A stretch of DNA of 64,000 nucleotides, taken from assembly GCF_009914755.1 (NCBI RefSeq), contig NC_060925.1. One strand, 5' to 3'. Positions 12,257 to 25,264 of this stretch are shown piece after piece (within the stretch, counting starts at the first letter, position 1; each line of letters starts with the position of its first letter). This stretch comes from the human T2T-CHM13v2.0 reference genome, Homo sapiens. A model generated the notes under the pieces. That model made no database searches. It was not told the DNA's origin and was given only the letters and a program-made list of their open reading frames with translations. The translations under genes and the position numbers were made by a program.

Positions 12257-12632
12257 GAAATTTATTTTCTCACAATTCTGAAAGTCAAAAGTCTTAAATC
12301 CAGGTGTGAGCAGGGCTGCACAGCCTCTAGGGGCTCTAGGGAAGAATCTGTTTGTAGCCTTTTCCATCTTCTGGTGGTTGTTGGCTTGTGGCCACAACAC
12401 TTCAAACTATCCCTCTGTGGTGACATCGCCTCCTTCTTTCACTGTGATCTCCCCCTTCCTCCCTCTTATAAAGATACTTGTGATGGCATTTAGGGCCATG
12501 GTTCAAGCTTATCTCCACATCTCAAGATTCTTAACTCATTTGCAAAACCCCTTTTTCCATATAAGCTCACATTTATAGGCTTCAGGGATTAGGACCTGCA
12601 TATATTTGGGGGCTGTAATTCAGCTTGCTACA
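12210..12632 (-). mobile_element. MLT1B/C-type MaLR LTR
   Basis: accacaaatggagtgactcaaaacaagagaaatttattttctcacaattctg..ggctctagggaagaatc..tcttataaagatacttgtgatggcatttagggcc..ctaCA. Confidence 0.8.
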
Positions 12633-14208
12633 GTCAGGGTTGGCAATTAGTTATACCTTCCTGGGAGTAAAAGACAGAATGGATTGGAGAGACCCATACT
12701 GGAGTCAAGAACATCATCACTTTGGAGATTACAGAAGACATACAGGTTAAGAGGTGACTGAGACCTGAACTAAGAGAGCAGTGGAGGTGGGGATGGGAGT
12801 GAGATCTCAGTGGAAAAGTGTCAGTAGGGTTGGGTGGTTCTCAGTGTCTCAGTGGGGTCCTGGGGACAGAAGCCCAATCACACATATCGAAAGCGACAGC
12901 AGATTTCACTTCTTTTCAGTCATCTACCGGGTACTGAGCTAGTTGTCAAAGGCAATGATAAGCCAGCATGTGTCTGATAGCGTGGGAAGGAGCTCTGAAA
13001 ACAGGACCAGAAAGGAAACGGAGGTGGGGAAACAGATTCTCTAATTCCTGAGCATCTTTGAAGAAATCCACTGTAGGCTGTGTCATTCTGTCTCTCTCCC
13101 ACTGCAACCAGAAACCATCTAGTAGGGTGGTGGAAGATATTAATTGACTAAAAATCCTTTGAAATTTTGAGGCATAAAAAATTCCATCTAAGAAATTTGC
13201 TTATAAATAGGCCCTGAAATAGGCAATCTAGATCCCAAAGCCACTTGCAAGGTAGGAATGGAGGAACGGCCTTCTGCAAGCTCTGTTTTTTCTGCAGTCA
13301 GGTGACTTGGACTCACCAAGACCTCCAGCCAGTGCCACAGGCCAGGACCCCCACCCCTCAAGATACCCTAAAGGTCCAGGGATCCCTAGACAGTACGGGA
13401 GTGCAATACCAGACTGCTAGCTTCAAGGGACTCAAGCAGTAACCTTGGGGCCTGATAATGCCAGGTCATTTGCACCTAAAATCGTATAGCATTGCATCTC
13501 CATCACATACAGGCACAGGATAGCTGAGTTTCTACAGGTTCATCGGCTTTTGTGTACCAAAGGGGTCATATGAATGGCAATTTGGTTGTATCTAGTCCTC
13601 GTCTTCTGCTCCTGCCTCCCGAATGATGCTGCCTCCTAGGAATGCTGCCTCCCCTGTCCTGGCTGCCAACTGGCCAGTGCGCTGGGTGAAGCTGCTGTTC
13701 TCCCAAACAGGCTGGCTCCTCCTCTGCACTGTCTGCCTCAGGCCCTGAGTGCCAGGGTAGGCTCTGTTTTGTGCAGGAGCCTTCACTCTGTGTCTCCTGG
13801 CACCAAAGCCACATCTGGTGAAACTTGGTGGCTTCTCTCCCTGCCTGTAGCCCTTCTCCATGTGGGGCTGAGATCTAAGTCCAGGGCCCAGAGCTGGAGG
13901 ACCAGTGTCTGAACAGGCGCCAGGGTTCCTCCCCATCCCATCCCCCAACCTGTTGTTAGGGGGTGCAAATTCCTCTTCCCCCCATCCTCCATACTCTTCT
14001 TCACTAGAAAAATGCCCTAATGCAAACTGGTTTCTATGAGGCCCCCCTTAGTTTTGACTGATTCCAAGGCAAGTGCTATCCATTATGCATTCTAAAAATT
14101 TTTATGTGAGCTCTTCCTATTTGTCAGCCAGTGTACTAGCTAGCAAAGCTAACAAGTAACAAAAGTGTACTAACAAAACAGACTTGAAGCATAAAAATAT
14201 GCCTTGGT

Positions 14209-14623
<415 letters not shown>

Positions 14624-14744
14624 CTATATTTGTAAATGAGTTGTTATCTATTTTTTAAAAAATAGGTCTAGAAAGGAAAAATTCTTATTTCTCCCTCTAC
14701 TTACTTTCTTAGGAACTAAAGTGCTTGATTTAGTGCTTGATTTC

Positions 14745-15033
14745 TCTTTTTTTAAAAAATTTTTTTGTGAGACAGAGTCTTGCTCTGTCGCCCAGGCTGG
14801 AGTGCACTGGCACGATCTCGGCTCATTGCAACCTCCGCCTCCTGGGTTCAAGTGATTCTCCTGCTTCAACCGCCTGAGCAGCTGGGATTACAGACGTGCA
14901 TCACCACGCCCAGCTAATTTTTCTATTTTTAGTAGAGACGGGGTTTCATCATATTGGCCAGGCTGGTCTCGAACTCCTGACCTCAGGCCTCCCAAAGTGC
15001 TGGGATTACAGGCGTGAGCAACTGTGCCTGGCC
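14745..15033 (-). mobile_element. Alu (S-type) with ~16 bp left-arm deletion, no clear TSD
   Basis: Dimer on minus strand; cctgacctcag|gcctcccaaag lacks the usual tgatccgcccgcctc segment. Confidence 0.95.
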
Positions 15034-15035
15034 TG

Positions 15036-15214
15036 TCTTGTTTTAAGTTACCCCATTTGTGGTTTGGCACAGGAAACTCATAAATGAACAAAAACCCTGT
15101 TGCTCCAAACTATAAAGCCCTCAGTAGTCTGAACCATGAACATTCTTCAAACTCACATCTCTCTCTGCCCCTTACTTCATCCTCACCCATGGCCATACTT
15201 ACGTTGCCAGCTCT
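15036..15214 (-). repeat. Copy 2 of the inverted local duplication (partner 12077-12256)
   Basis: Reverse complement of 12077-12256; begins 2 nt from the Alu 5' end. Confidence 0.92.
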
Positions 15215-16582
15215 CTGCTTTCTGTAACCCCTCTGTTCTTTTTGAAGATAGGGAAGGACACCAACCTTGCCAACCATTCAGAAAGGGAATTTGGTAAAAT
15301 ATCATTTTAAAGATGTAATCTTATTATAAAAATGTAAAAATTATAGGGTAATTTTTAAGGTCTCTTTTTGTTATAAATATGAATCAATCATAAACCTGTG
15401 TCATGGGCATTTGGAGCTGAGCCTGGCTGCTGAGACTGCATGATCCAACACACAGAGCTGACAGGTGAGCTAGCTGGGGCTGTGCACATACCTGCAGGCA
15501 GACCCACATATATCCATGTGAGTCTGTGTACATGGACATGCATATATGTGTACACCAATACACACAGACTCTTGGTTACACAGATATACATACCCGTATC
15601 TGTAGATAAAGTTTTCACTAACCTGGTAGTGTTTTAGTGTGGAGTGAGAGGCTCATTTTGTAAAATAATAACCTTTTGTAGGAACAGCTCCAAGAAGAGG
15701 GAGATCCACAAATTAAAAGTGCTGTGTGTGAGCGTGTGGCTGCAGGGAGACATGTGTGAGAGACAGAGAAGGTATGGACAGGTGAGCCAGATAAAGTTAA
15801 CCCCAGGCCAAGGAGGAGCAAGGTGGAAAATCAAAGGGGATTGTGCAGCCACCTCTGTGAGCAGAGACTGTCAGGACAGAGGAGGAACTTGCAGGGGACA
15901 CTGATGGGCTGTTTATTCCCGTAGCATGAATTATATGAGACTTAGACCTCAGCAGCAAGGAAACAAAAGGTCAAATAACAGAATGCGGATTATGGGAAAG
16001 AGTGGAGTGCAGGCCTGTGGGAGTGAGTCTGTCTGGTCCATAGGGCCAAGGCTCAATACAGGCCTACCTGACTTGAAGGAGCCCAAGCTAGTGAGTTGGC
16101 TGTGGCCAGGCAGAGCCAGCCTGCACTCCAAGGCAGGCAGGGAGAAGCATGACCTCCAGCTTTGACGTCAGGCAGGGGTCTCAGCCTTCCCAGCTGGGGT
16201 GATGAAAGAATGACTAAGCTTTCTTTAAAAGAGAAATCAATGGAGGACTTTAGAGCTGGATGTCCATTCTACCATGTTGCACTGATTTCTGAGATTCTAT
16301 TTTATTTTGTAGCTTTTTAAAAAATTAACATTTGCTCATTAAAAAAAGGCAAAGATACCCACTCTTATAGTCCGTGTTGACTTTGTGGACCTTACCTAAG
16401 GAATTGTACCTACCACCCTCAACCCCTCCAATGCATACCCCCTACGCACACACTCCCTGCCTTTCAATTGTACACGCAGCACACAGCTCCTGCCCTTGGC
16501 TCCCCTGGCCTGTCCTCTCTTCTCCTGTGGCGTGGTATCCAAACATACACTTAGTTTACTGCGTAAAAGGCAAGCTCCCATT

Positions 16583-16915
16583 TAGGGGTTGGCAAACTTT
16601 TTCTGTAAAGGGCCAGATAGTAAATGCGTTAGGCTTTGTGGGCCATGTGGTTTCTGTCTCAACTTCCCAACTCTGCTGTTGCAGCTTGAAAGCAGCTGTA
16701 GACAATAGGCAAAGGAATGAGCTTGGTGGTGTTCCAATAAAACTTCACTTAAGGACACTTAAACTTAGACTTCACATGATTTTCACATCCTGAAATATTC
16801 TTCCTTTGACTTTTTTTCTTCAACTATTAAATATATAAAAAACATTCTCGGTTGATGCACCATACCAAAATAGAAGGTGGGCCAGATTCAGCCCGTGGAT
16901 TTGGCCCAACCCCTG
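16583..16915 (+). mobile_element. MER58B-type hAT-Charlie MITE
   Basis: (t)AGGGGTTGGCAAACTTTTTCTGTAAAGGGCCAGATAGTAAAT start, ..CCAACCCCTG end, degenerate 8 bp TSD ctcccatt/ctctattt. Confidence 0.85.
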
Positions 16916-16949
16916 CTCTATTTTATCATAGTATGAAAAATCTCAAGGT

Positions 16950-17008
16950 GGCTGGGCATGGTGGCTTACACCTGTAGTCCCAGCAGTTTGAAGTGAGACT
17001 CTCTCCAC

Positions 17009-17082
<74 letters not shown>

Positions 17083-17260
17083 CCAGGTGTGGTGGCACAT
17101 GCTTGTAGTCTCAAACACTCAGGAGACTGAGGCAGGAGGACCACTTGAGCCCAGGAGTTTGAGGCTGTAGTGAGCTATGTTCGCACCACTGTACTCCAGT
17201 CTGGGTGACAAAGCAAGAACCTGTCTCTTAGAAAAAATAAAAATAAGAACATTAAAAAAT
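16950..17260 (+). mobile_element. AluJ-type with left-arm deletion and A33(TA)18 expansion in the linker
   Basis: J-type right arm (ggaccacttgagcccaggagtttgaggctgtagtgagctatg); degenerate TSD aaaaatctcaaggt / aaaaattccaaggt. Confidence 0.9.
17010..17078. repeat. Compound microsatellite A33(TA)18
   Basis: Counted directly. Confidence 0.95.
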
Positions 17261-17778
17261 AAAAATTCCAAGGTGATAAACCTCACGGTGGTCAGGAAAG
17301 TTTCAGGTAAATGACAAAATTATACCCCTTCAGCTTAGCAGGCAGGTTTGAACTCTCTTTATAAGTTCTTCTTATTCTTTCTTTTTATCCCTCTCCCTTG
17401 CTTCCTCCCTTTCTCTTCTCCTTAATGTTTCAAATTTATGCTTCCTTATCCTGGAATCCTTTCTTTTGGTCTATCTTCCAGGCACTGAGCCTGGGTTAAT
17501 TTCCACAAGATGCTGGCCTGGCTGAGGACAGTTTCATCTCTTTCATCTTACCTGGCAGTCTTCTTTCTACACATCTCTGTCACCCTCTCCTTCTGCTATC
17601 TAATTTGCTGTTAGTGAACTCTGGGATCATCACAAAATTATATGTGCAAAGCTCCCATTTTGTTGAGGGCATCTCCCTATAGTTTCCATCCTCTTGAATT
17701 TGGAAGATTAAATTGGGGAGCTCAATGAGATAGAAGGCAGGGAGGATAATGGTATTAGATGTTGGACTCAGTGAAGTA

Positions 17779-18492
17779 CAGTAGTCCCTTCTTATCCATA
17801 GTTTGCTTTCCCTGGGGATATGGTTTGGATTTGTGTCCCCACCCAAATCTCATGTCAAATTGTGACCCCCAGTTTTGGAGGTGGGGTCTCGTGGGAGTTG
17901 ACTGGATCATGGGGGTGAATTTCCTCCTTGCTGTTCTTATGATAGTGAGGGAGTTCTCACGAGATCTGGTTGTTTAAAAGTGTGTGTGTTGTACTTCCCC
18001 TCTTTCTCTCTTCCTCCCACTTCAGCCATGTAAGACGTGCTGGCTTCCCCTTTGCCTTCTGCAGTGATTGTAAGTTTTTGGAGGCCTCCCCAGTCATGCT
18101 TCCTGTACAGCCTGTGGAACTGTGAGCCAATTAAACCTCTTTTCTTTATAAACTACCCTGTCTCTGGTATTTCTTTATAGCAGTGTGAGAATGGACTAAT
18201 ATACATGGTTTCTGTAACCCATGGTCAACCTTGGTCCAAAAATAGACGAGCAAAATATAATGAGATATTTCGAAAGAGAGAGAGAGAACACATTCACACA
18301 ACTTTTGTTACAGTGTATTGTCATAATTGTTCCTCTTCTTCTTGTTGCCAATCTCTTACAGTGCCTAATTTATAAATTAAATTTTATCATATATATGTAG
18401 TATATAGGGTTTGGTACTATCCGAGGTTTTGGGCATTCACTTGGGGTCTTGGAATGTATTCTCCATAAATTAGTTGAGTGGGGGGGCAACTG
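17779..18492 (+). mobile_element. MER44A-type Tigger MITE, interrupted by an MST LTR
   Basis: CAGTAGTCCC..TTATCC start, ..GGGGGCAACTG end, TA TSDs (17777-17778, 18493-18494), internal match to recalled MER44A consensus. Confidence 0.85.
17816..18203 (+). mobile_element. MSTA-type MaLR solo LTR
   Basis: gatatggtttggatttgtgtccccacccaaatctcatg..ccaattaaacctcttttctttataaa..gaatggactaata; 5 bp TSD cctgg/catgg. Confidence 0.9.
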
Positions 18493-18731
18493 TATCTTGA
18501 ATGTAGCTCTTGATTTACATCATCCAGGTAACATCACAGAAGAAGATGGGACTTTTCCAGCTACAAAGGTGTTTATGATACCGAAATAAAGTCCAGGAGT
18601 CCCAGGGAAAATTCCAGGATTTTATCATGTCTTCCTGCATAATAACTTTGTCCTCCCCTAGTGAGCCCTGGCTCAGCAAATGACACCCATATCCACCCAG
18701 TTGTTCAAGCCAGAACACTGGTTGGAAGTTA

Positions 18732-19373
18732 TGTTGATTCACCTTATTCACAGTAGTTATGTTCTATAAAGTCACCATGAACACTGAATTAGTGAATACC
18801 AAACCATTGCTCCTAGAGGAAATAAAGGGTTAAGTTCCTGTGTGCAACTAATCACAATTTTATCAACTGATCAATACATAACCTTGCTGTGTATTTGTTT
18901 CTGTCTAAAGATACCTTATTCAATACACATTGTTGATTCATTAACACTGAACTCACTGCACTATAATCAACACCTGAACAAAGCTTAACACTGGTATTTT
19001 CTTCATAGAGAAATCATAGCCTTTCTGCAGCTCTGAACAAAAGGCAGCATTTCAGCTCTGTTCTGAGAGGCCATTTAAAACAGCAAAATCACCAATAAAA
19101 AGCACAAAAAGGCAAAAGATGTATTGTGTAACTAAATAGACCTTGAAAAGGATACTTGATGCAGTGTGACAGCTGAAACAAGCAGGCAGGGTGCCACCTT
19201 GTTCCACCTCAGCTAGGAATGTGTGCATTGAGCAACTCAAATTTTTCAGGGCTCTGTGCATTTCTGCAAATGACCATGAAAGCACCATGAGTATTAATTT
19301 TAGGGTTACAAACAAATTGTAGTGAGTAGGTAAATTTGCAAATATGGAATCCACAAATAAGGAAGATTGACCG
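18732..19373 (-). mobile_element. MER82-type Tigger element (within an L2 remnant)
   Basis: Reverse complement matches recalled MER82 start (GGATTCC..TTTGCAAATTTACCTACTCACTA..TTTGTAACCC); TA at 19374-19375. Confidence 0.8.
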
Positions 19374-19816
19374 TATATTTGACCCCATTCCCAGTCACCA
19401 GTTTAATCAGTTTTACATCCTTTATATCTTTAAAATTGGTCCACTTCTTTTTATCTATACCTTCCACACCTCAGTCCATCCCAACAAACCACTTCTTCTG
19501 GATTAACAGGTTGCAGTCAGCCCACATCAACTCCTGTACCTCTTTAGTCTATTTTTCACTGGTGGCAAAAGGGGAGGTTGGCAAAGAGGGCTGTGGAAAG
19601 AGATGGGGCAGTTGTTGAAGAGAGAGGAAATTTAGGTTAAAGAAGATTTTAAGGAAGTAGCCTCCTTTTCTCCTTTATCTTGTGTGTGTGTGTTCTTTGT
19701 GATAACCTGCTCAGACTAGTTGAAAGGAGAAGACTCAGTGTCACTTGAGTTATGTGTACAATATTAATCTATTTAACTGTCTCCATAACTCTATATGTAG
19801 ATACTATTATTATGTC

Positions 19817-19982
19817 TTGTCTTAGTCAGCTCAGGCTGCTATAACAAACTAACATAAAATGGGTGGCTTAAATAAGAAACATTTATTGCTCACTGTTCTG
19901 GAGGCTGGGAAGTGGGAAGATCCAGGCACTGGCAGTTAATAATGTCTGGTGGGGGACTGCATCCTGGTGCGTAAATAGCCGC
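19817..19982 (-). mobile_element. MaLR LTR 3' fragment (MLT1A/MSTD-like)
   Basis: tgtcttagtcagctcaggctgctataacaaa..catttattgctcactgttctggaggctgggaag. Confidence 0.8.
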
Positions 19983-20506
19983 CTAGAGCTCCATTTGAGA
20001 TTGTGTCAAATTCAGAGAAAAGCATTCAACCAGAACTCAGTGTAATGGACTGGGCTGGATGGAGTAAGCCAATGGCCCTTAGACATTAATGGAGCCTCGA
20101 ACTCATTGTTTCATGTACAATAAAGGAAAACTTCAGATTTGATTGAACAAAGAACATTAGTTTCCTTATACCAACTTGGGAATCATTCTCAAAATGTGAT
20201 ATTTTGTTTAGTTATATGAATAAACATTATGTCTTCTGATGAAGGATGAACCTTAATATTTGGAGGGGAAAAAAGCTATCACACACTCTCACAACCCCCT
20301 ACCAGCCTTTGGGCCTTGGGCTGAGGCCAAGGCAGCTGCCCTCAGGGCACAGCAGTGAGCCACTTGACCAGTTTATTCCCCCAGATAGGATTTTGTGCCT
20401 CTGGCTTTGAAGTGGAATAAGCACTTCCTATCTGACATGGAACTAGCAAACCAAGGGTCAGGCTTCGCCTGCTCAGAGGAATTAAAGTCGATTGAGAAAC
20501 ACAGCT

Positions 20507-20555
20507 CTGTTTCTTGCCAAGAGAATCTTGCCAAGAGAATCTTGTCAAGAAACAG
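20507..20555. repeat. 14 bp tandem repeat (~3 copies) bounded by 16 bp inverted repeats
   Basis: (TCTTGCCAAGAGAA)2 TCTTGTCAAGA; arms CTGTTTCTTGCCAAGA / TCTTGTCAAGAAACAG pair with one mismatch. Confidence 0.9.
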
Positions 20556-21005
20556 CTTTGAAGCTTTCTTCCTCTATCAGAGCTGGAGACTTTGGTACAT
20601 GGGGTTATCATCACTGCGGCAGCCAAAGCAGCCTCGCTTTGTCTCTAACCCTCGCATCCACACAGCAAAGAACACTTTGAACTGTGTTTTTTGCACGTCC
20701 GTGTGTGCCAAGATCTTGTGGGATCCCCTGTTTTTGAAACTAGGCCACTCTCCGATAAGGATGGAGACCTTGCTTCCCTGCTCCCACCAAACAGAGCTTT
20801 CTATTGCTGAGTTACAGTGAATACAAGGCGATTAAAACTACAAGCTAATTTATGCTCTCTTGGGAGGAATTAAGGAGATGAAGCAACTGCTTTCTGGGGA
20901 GGAGAAGCGATGTGTATTTTTATCTTGCACCACCTTTCACTCTCTAGTTCTGCCTTGTTCTCCACAAATCTGTGTTAAGGCCTCAGCAGGTGCCAGGCAC
21001 AGCCT

Positions 21006-21400
21006 CATGGAGACAAAAGCAGCTCCATCTTGGATGCTCATCCGCCATGTTGACTCCTGATTAACCCCAGTTCAGGGAAGGCCTCTGAGATTTTTACTTT
21101 CATGTACTTACCTTAACTCCTGCCCTTATGTCAAAACAACCTTGATGTTATTGTAAACACACATTTCCCATACATCCTGCCCTTAGACAAATTCTATATG
21201 GTACATAGCCCTGGGTCGTAGGGGTAACTGAGCAGGGATCCACCATCTTGTCTTGTGGCTGCCTGAGATGTGGCCTCTGTTCGTAAAGTCCCTATTAAGT
21301 GTTTCTTTCTGAGAAACTAGATTTGTCAGCCTCTGTTTTCAACTTTTCAGCTTCTTTGGACTTTGGGGATAGTTTTGCATAGACCTACTTAGCAGGGCAC
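21006..21400 (+). mobile_element. LTR47-type solo LTR
   Basis: ggagacaaaagcagctccatcttggatgctcatccgccatgttgac..ttaaccccag matches recalled LTR47 start; right end approximate. Confidence 0.75.
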
Positions 21401-21783
21401 AGCGACCCAAAGTGTGGTCCTGGCAGCATGGGGGACCATCCAGGCCCTCACAGAGGACACCCTTCCTCCTGGCGGTCTGGCTGCGGCTGCTGGACCTGGT
21501 GTTAGGAGATGGCAGTTTAACACACAGCACCTTAACCATCCATGGCTTGCCTTTTCTTTCACAACTTGTCCTCAGGTACAGAGGTCTTCAGAACTTGGTT
21601 CCTTTCCAAAAGCAGAGCAGTGTTTTGACACAGGAAAACGCAAGGTCCTTTATGCCTGGAAGAAAGCAGCTTTCTCCTGCCTCCTCCTTGATGCGGTTCC
21701 CAGCCACCGCCCCCAGGATGCTCACTCCCTTTTATGAGCTGAGAGAGGCAGACCTTAGGGCCTCCTCCAATAGTTAATATACA

Positions 21784-22305
21784 TTTTTTATATTTTTAAA
21801 AATTAACCTATCATAGTTGTACATATTTGAGGGGAAGCATGTGATATTTTGATACATGTATACAACGTGTAATGATGAAATCAGGGTGACTGAGATATCC
21901 ATCACTTCAAACATTTATCTTTTCTTTGTGTTGGAAACATTATAATTCTCTTTTAGCTATTTTGAAATATACCATAAATCATGGTAAACTATAATTTCCC
22001 TACTGTACTATTGAATACTAGAACTCATTCCCTCTATTTAACTGTGTGTTTTTACCTGTTAACCAAGTTCTCTTCATCCTCCCCTCCCTTCTTCCCTTCC
22101 CAGCTTCTGGTAACCACCATTCTACTCTTAATCTCCATGAAGTTCACTTTTTTAGATTTCACATAAGAGAGAGAAACATGTGATATTTGTCTTTCTGTTC
22201 CTGGCTTATTTCACTTAAATAATGACCTTCAGTTCCATTCATGTTGCTGCAAATGACAGGATTCTGTTCTTTTTAATGGCTGAATAATATTCCATTGTGT
22301 ATATC
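21784..22305 (-). mobile_element. L1MA-type 3' end
   Basis: ttgtacatatttgagggg..gtgtaatgatgaaatcagggt..tccatcacttcaaac..tccattcatgttgctgcaaatgacaggatt. Confidence 0.9.
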
Positions 22306-22645
22306 AAATATTTCATCTTAACATAAAGTAAGCTGAAGTAAAGATAACTACCCTCAATCAGAGTCTAGAAACATGGCGACTGAGATTTGGGGGTAAGGAG
22401 AGCAGTGGAGGGTGGAAAGGTGTTGAGGTACCCTGTGCTTTGCCCACAGCTGGGGCTACACAGGCTGCCTTCTCTCCTTCCTCCTTAGGGTCTAGCACAG
22501 TCCTACCTGGCCAGATGCAAGGTCACATTGCTAGCAGACACCCCCCTTCCTCCCTCTTTTCTTCCTCTTCTTCACCCCTCTCATTCTTCACCCTAGTAGC
22601 CACTGTGGGTGCCCAAGTCCTGCCTGGGTCCCTTGTCTCCACCTC

Positions 22646-22698
22646 AGGTGAGCTGGACCTGCTGTGGAGGTGAGCTGGACCTGCTGTGGAGGTGAGCT
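22646..22698. repeat. 22 bp tandem repeat, 2.4 perfect copies
   Basis: AGGTGAGCTGGACCTGCTGTGG x2 + AGGTGAGCT. Confidence 0.95.
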
Positions 22699-23479
22699 TT
22701 CCCGCTCTTTGGTAGGAAGGAGAAAGCACTGAGCAAGGAGCTGACTGATGGGCTTAGTTGCGAACATGCATGCTGGTCTCAGGCTAGTCTTTCTTTGTCT
22801 TCCTTTGCCTGTCCCTGTGAGCCAAGAGCCTTCACCACAGGTACTTGGGGTCAGCTGCAGGAGATTTCCTGGAACTCTGAACTTCTGGGTTTCAGTTTCT
22901 CTACCTGTCATATGAGAAGGAACCTGTTTGAGTCTCTCTCACAGCAGGCTGGTGTCTGCACGGAGGCTCTGAGGAGCTCATGGTCATGAAATCTGAGTGC
23001 CCCAAACCCACAGACGGAGACAGAGGCACCGCTTCCTGGAAGGCACAGTGAGAGCTGTTAAAATGCTAAACGACCAGGTCAAGCCTCCATATCCCTCGAG
23101 AGGCGTTTATGCATTTTACTGGAACACTCTGGCATGAAGCGTTCCCTGAAACAATTAAAAAGATAATGTACTCAGCCTGTGCTCTGTCTGTCTTTACTCT
23201 TTGTGCTTTTTCATGACGTTATCCATTCCCAGAACTCAGAGAGCCCCCTCTCCTCTTTCAGTTGACATTTGCTTGGCTGACTGACTCTCTTACTCGCTGT
23301 TTCCTTTCCTTTGGATGATTGACTTTTAGCATCATTTCAATGTCTATAACTAAATCAGCAAGGCTTCTAGGTCCAGCACTATAATTCTAAATTTCACTGC
23401 TACTACAAACATATCATGTCTGCCGACTGGACCAAGTGATTATAAGTCCCAATTAAACCCTAGGTTTTGCTTTTAAGCC

Positions 23480-23830
23480 AGTTTCAAGTCAGGCATTTAT
23501 TCACAGTTGTCTGTAATATCAGGCACTGTGCTAGGCAAATGCGGCAGAAAGTGGCTGAGAAATGGTGCTCATTCTCCCAGAATTCAGAAGGTTTTGGTGA
23601 GACAGACAGATAATAGTTAATGAATTTAATGATGACAATGCAGTGATGATCAGTGACGAGCCGATGACTTGATAATGACAATCCATGTGATAAATACAAT
23701 AGCAATGGTATCATAACGTGACGGGACAGTGAAGAGGAGAGAGTAGCCTAGGATAGGGCTGCACAGATGAGGTGATGTTTGCACCAGGCCTTAGAGGCTA
23801 AGGAATCTCAGCAGGGCAAGAAGAACTTCC
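23480..23830 (-). mobile_element. L2 3' remnant
   Basis: ggcatttattcac..caggcactgtgctaggc..gaggtgatgtttgcaccaggcc. Confidence 0.5.
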
Positions 23831-23954
23831 AGAAAGGGGAGCATCCGTTCATTCATGGAACAAATATCTATGGGGAGTTTGCAGTGTTGCCTAAACAAAA
23901 ATCAGGAAACCTGACGTGTGTGTTTTTGAAAAAAAATATTTATTACAGAAGTTT

Positions 23955-24271
<317 letters not shown>

Positions 24272-24539
24272 AGAAAATTTTAAACATACAAAAGTAGAAA
24301 GGCTAGTAAGATAAAGCCCCATATATACATCATCCAGTTTTAATCATGGTTCTTGTGGTCTCCATGCACTCACCCACTACAATTAGCTTCTGCTGTTTAT
24401 TTCGAAGCAAGCCTCTGGCATCATATAATTTCATTCTTAATGTTTCACTAACAGGATGGTTTAAGTTGCGGAAATGTCAGTAGCATTAGTTGGACCTGGA
24501 GGCAAGATTTGTTGGGACAGAAAGAAGGAAGAAAAGTAG

Positions 24540-25018
24540 TGCTAGGACTGCCAGTTTCTCCCCAACATCCATTCATGCCCACCTTTGTATGGTCACAACT
24601 CCTGTATCATTTGGGTGGAAATATACCTAGCCTGCCTTATAGCAAGTTATGGTCATGTGACTGAGTTCTGGCTAACATGATATAAGTGAAAATTGTTGAG
24701 AAGGACTTCTAGGAAGGGCTTCCTAAACGGGGTATCAAAAGTCTAGAGAAGACTTCTACTCTTGTTATTTTTTATTTTTGCAAAGGTGGATCTGATGGCT
24801 GGAGCCCCAGCAGCCACCGTGGACCTGGCAGTAACCCTGAAAATGGAAACCAAGTACTGAGGATGATGGAAAAGAAAGTGCCTGATAACTTCATGGAAAC
24901 ACCGCATCATCTTTGGGCTGCCTCATCCGGAATTTTGTGTGATGGAAGAGATCATTGTGTGTTTAAGCCACTATTATTTGGGTTTTCTAATATATACAGC
25001 TAATGCTAACCCTAACAG
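24540..25018 (+). mobile_element. Old MLT1 (I/J/K-like) MaLR LTR
   Basis: ggtcatgtgactgagttctggctaacatgatataagtgaaa..gtgtttaagccactattatttggg.. Confidence 0.65.
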
Positions 25019-25264
25019 AAGATAAAATGAGCCTTTTTAGATAAGTATGTGTCCTGCACTGGACAGAGAGTTTCTAAGAAACAGATAGAAGATTCTCAAA
25101 ATTCCTAGCCAATTGTCAAGGAGAAAATGAAATAACCAGTTAATAGCTCTCTCATCTCAGTTATTTAGAACTGGCCAGGATCAAGGTGTCACCATTTAAC
25201 TGGTAGCAGCTACCAGTGCTAGTACCAGCAAAGGTGACGTAGCATCCTAGAAAAGTAAAAGCAC

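Noticed and set aside
13566-13948. Overlapping minus-strand ORFs in GC-rich unique sequence
   Set aside because: No recognisable protein similarity or convincing exon boundaries; lengths expected by chance.
20395-20820. 141 aa ORF
   Set aside because: Non-ATG start, overlaps the 14 bp tandem repeat, no recognisable domain.
22646-22698. Direct repeats as a CRISPR-like array (also 20507-20555 and the internal MER52 repeats)
   Set aside because: No unique spacers, too few copies, eukaryotic context.
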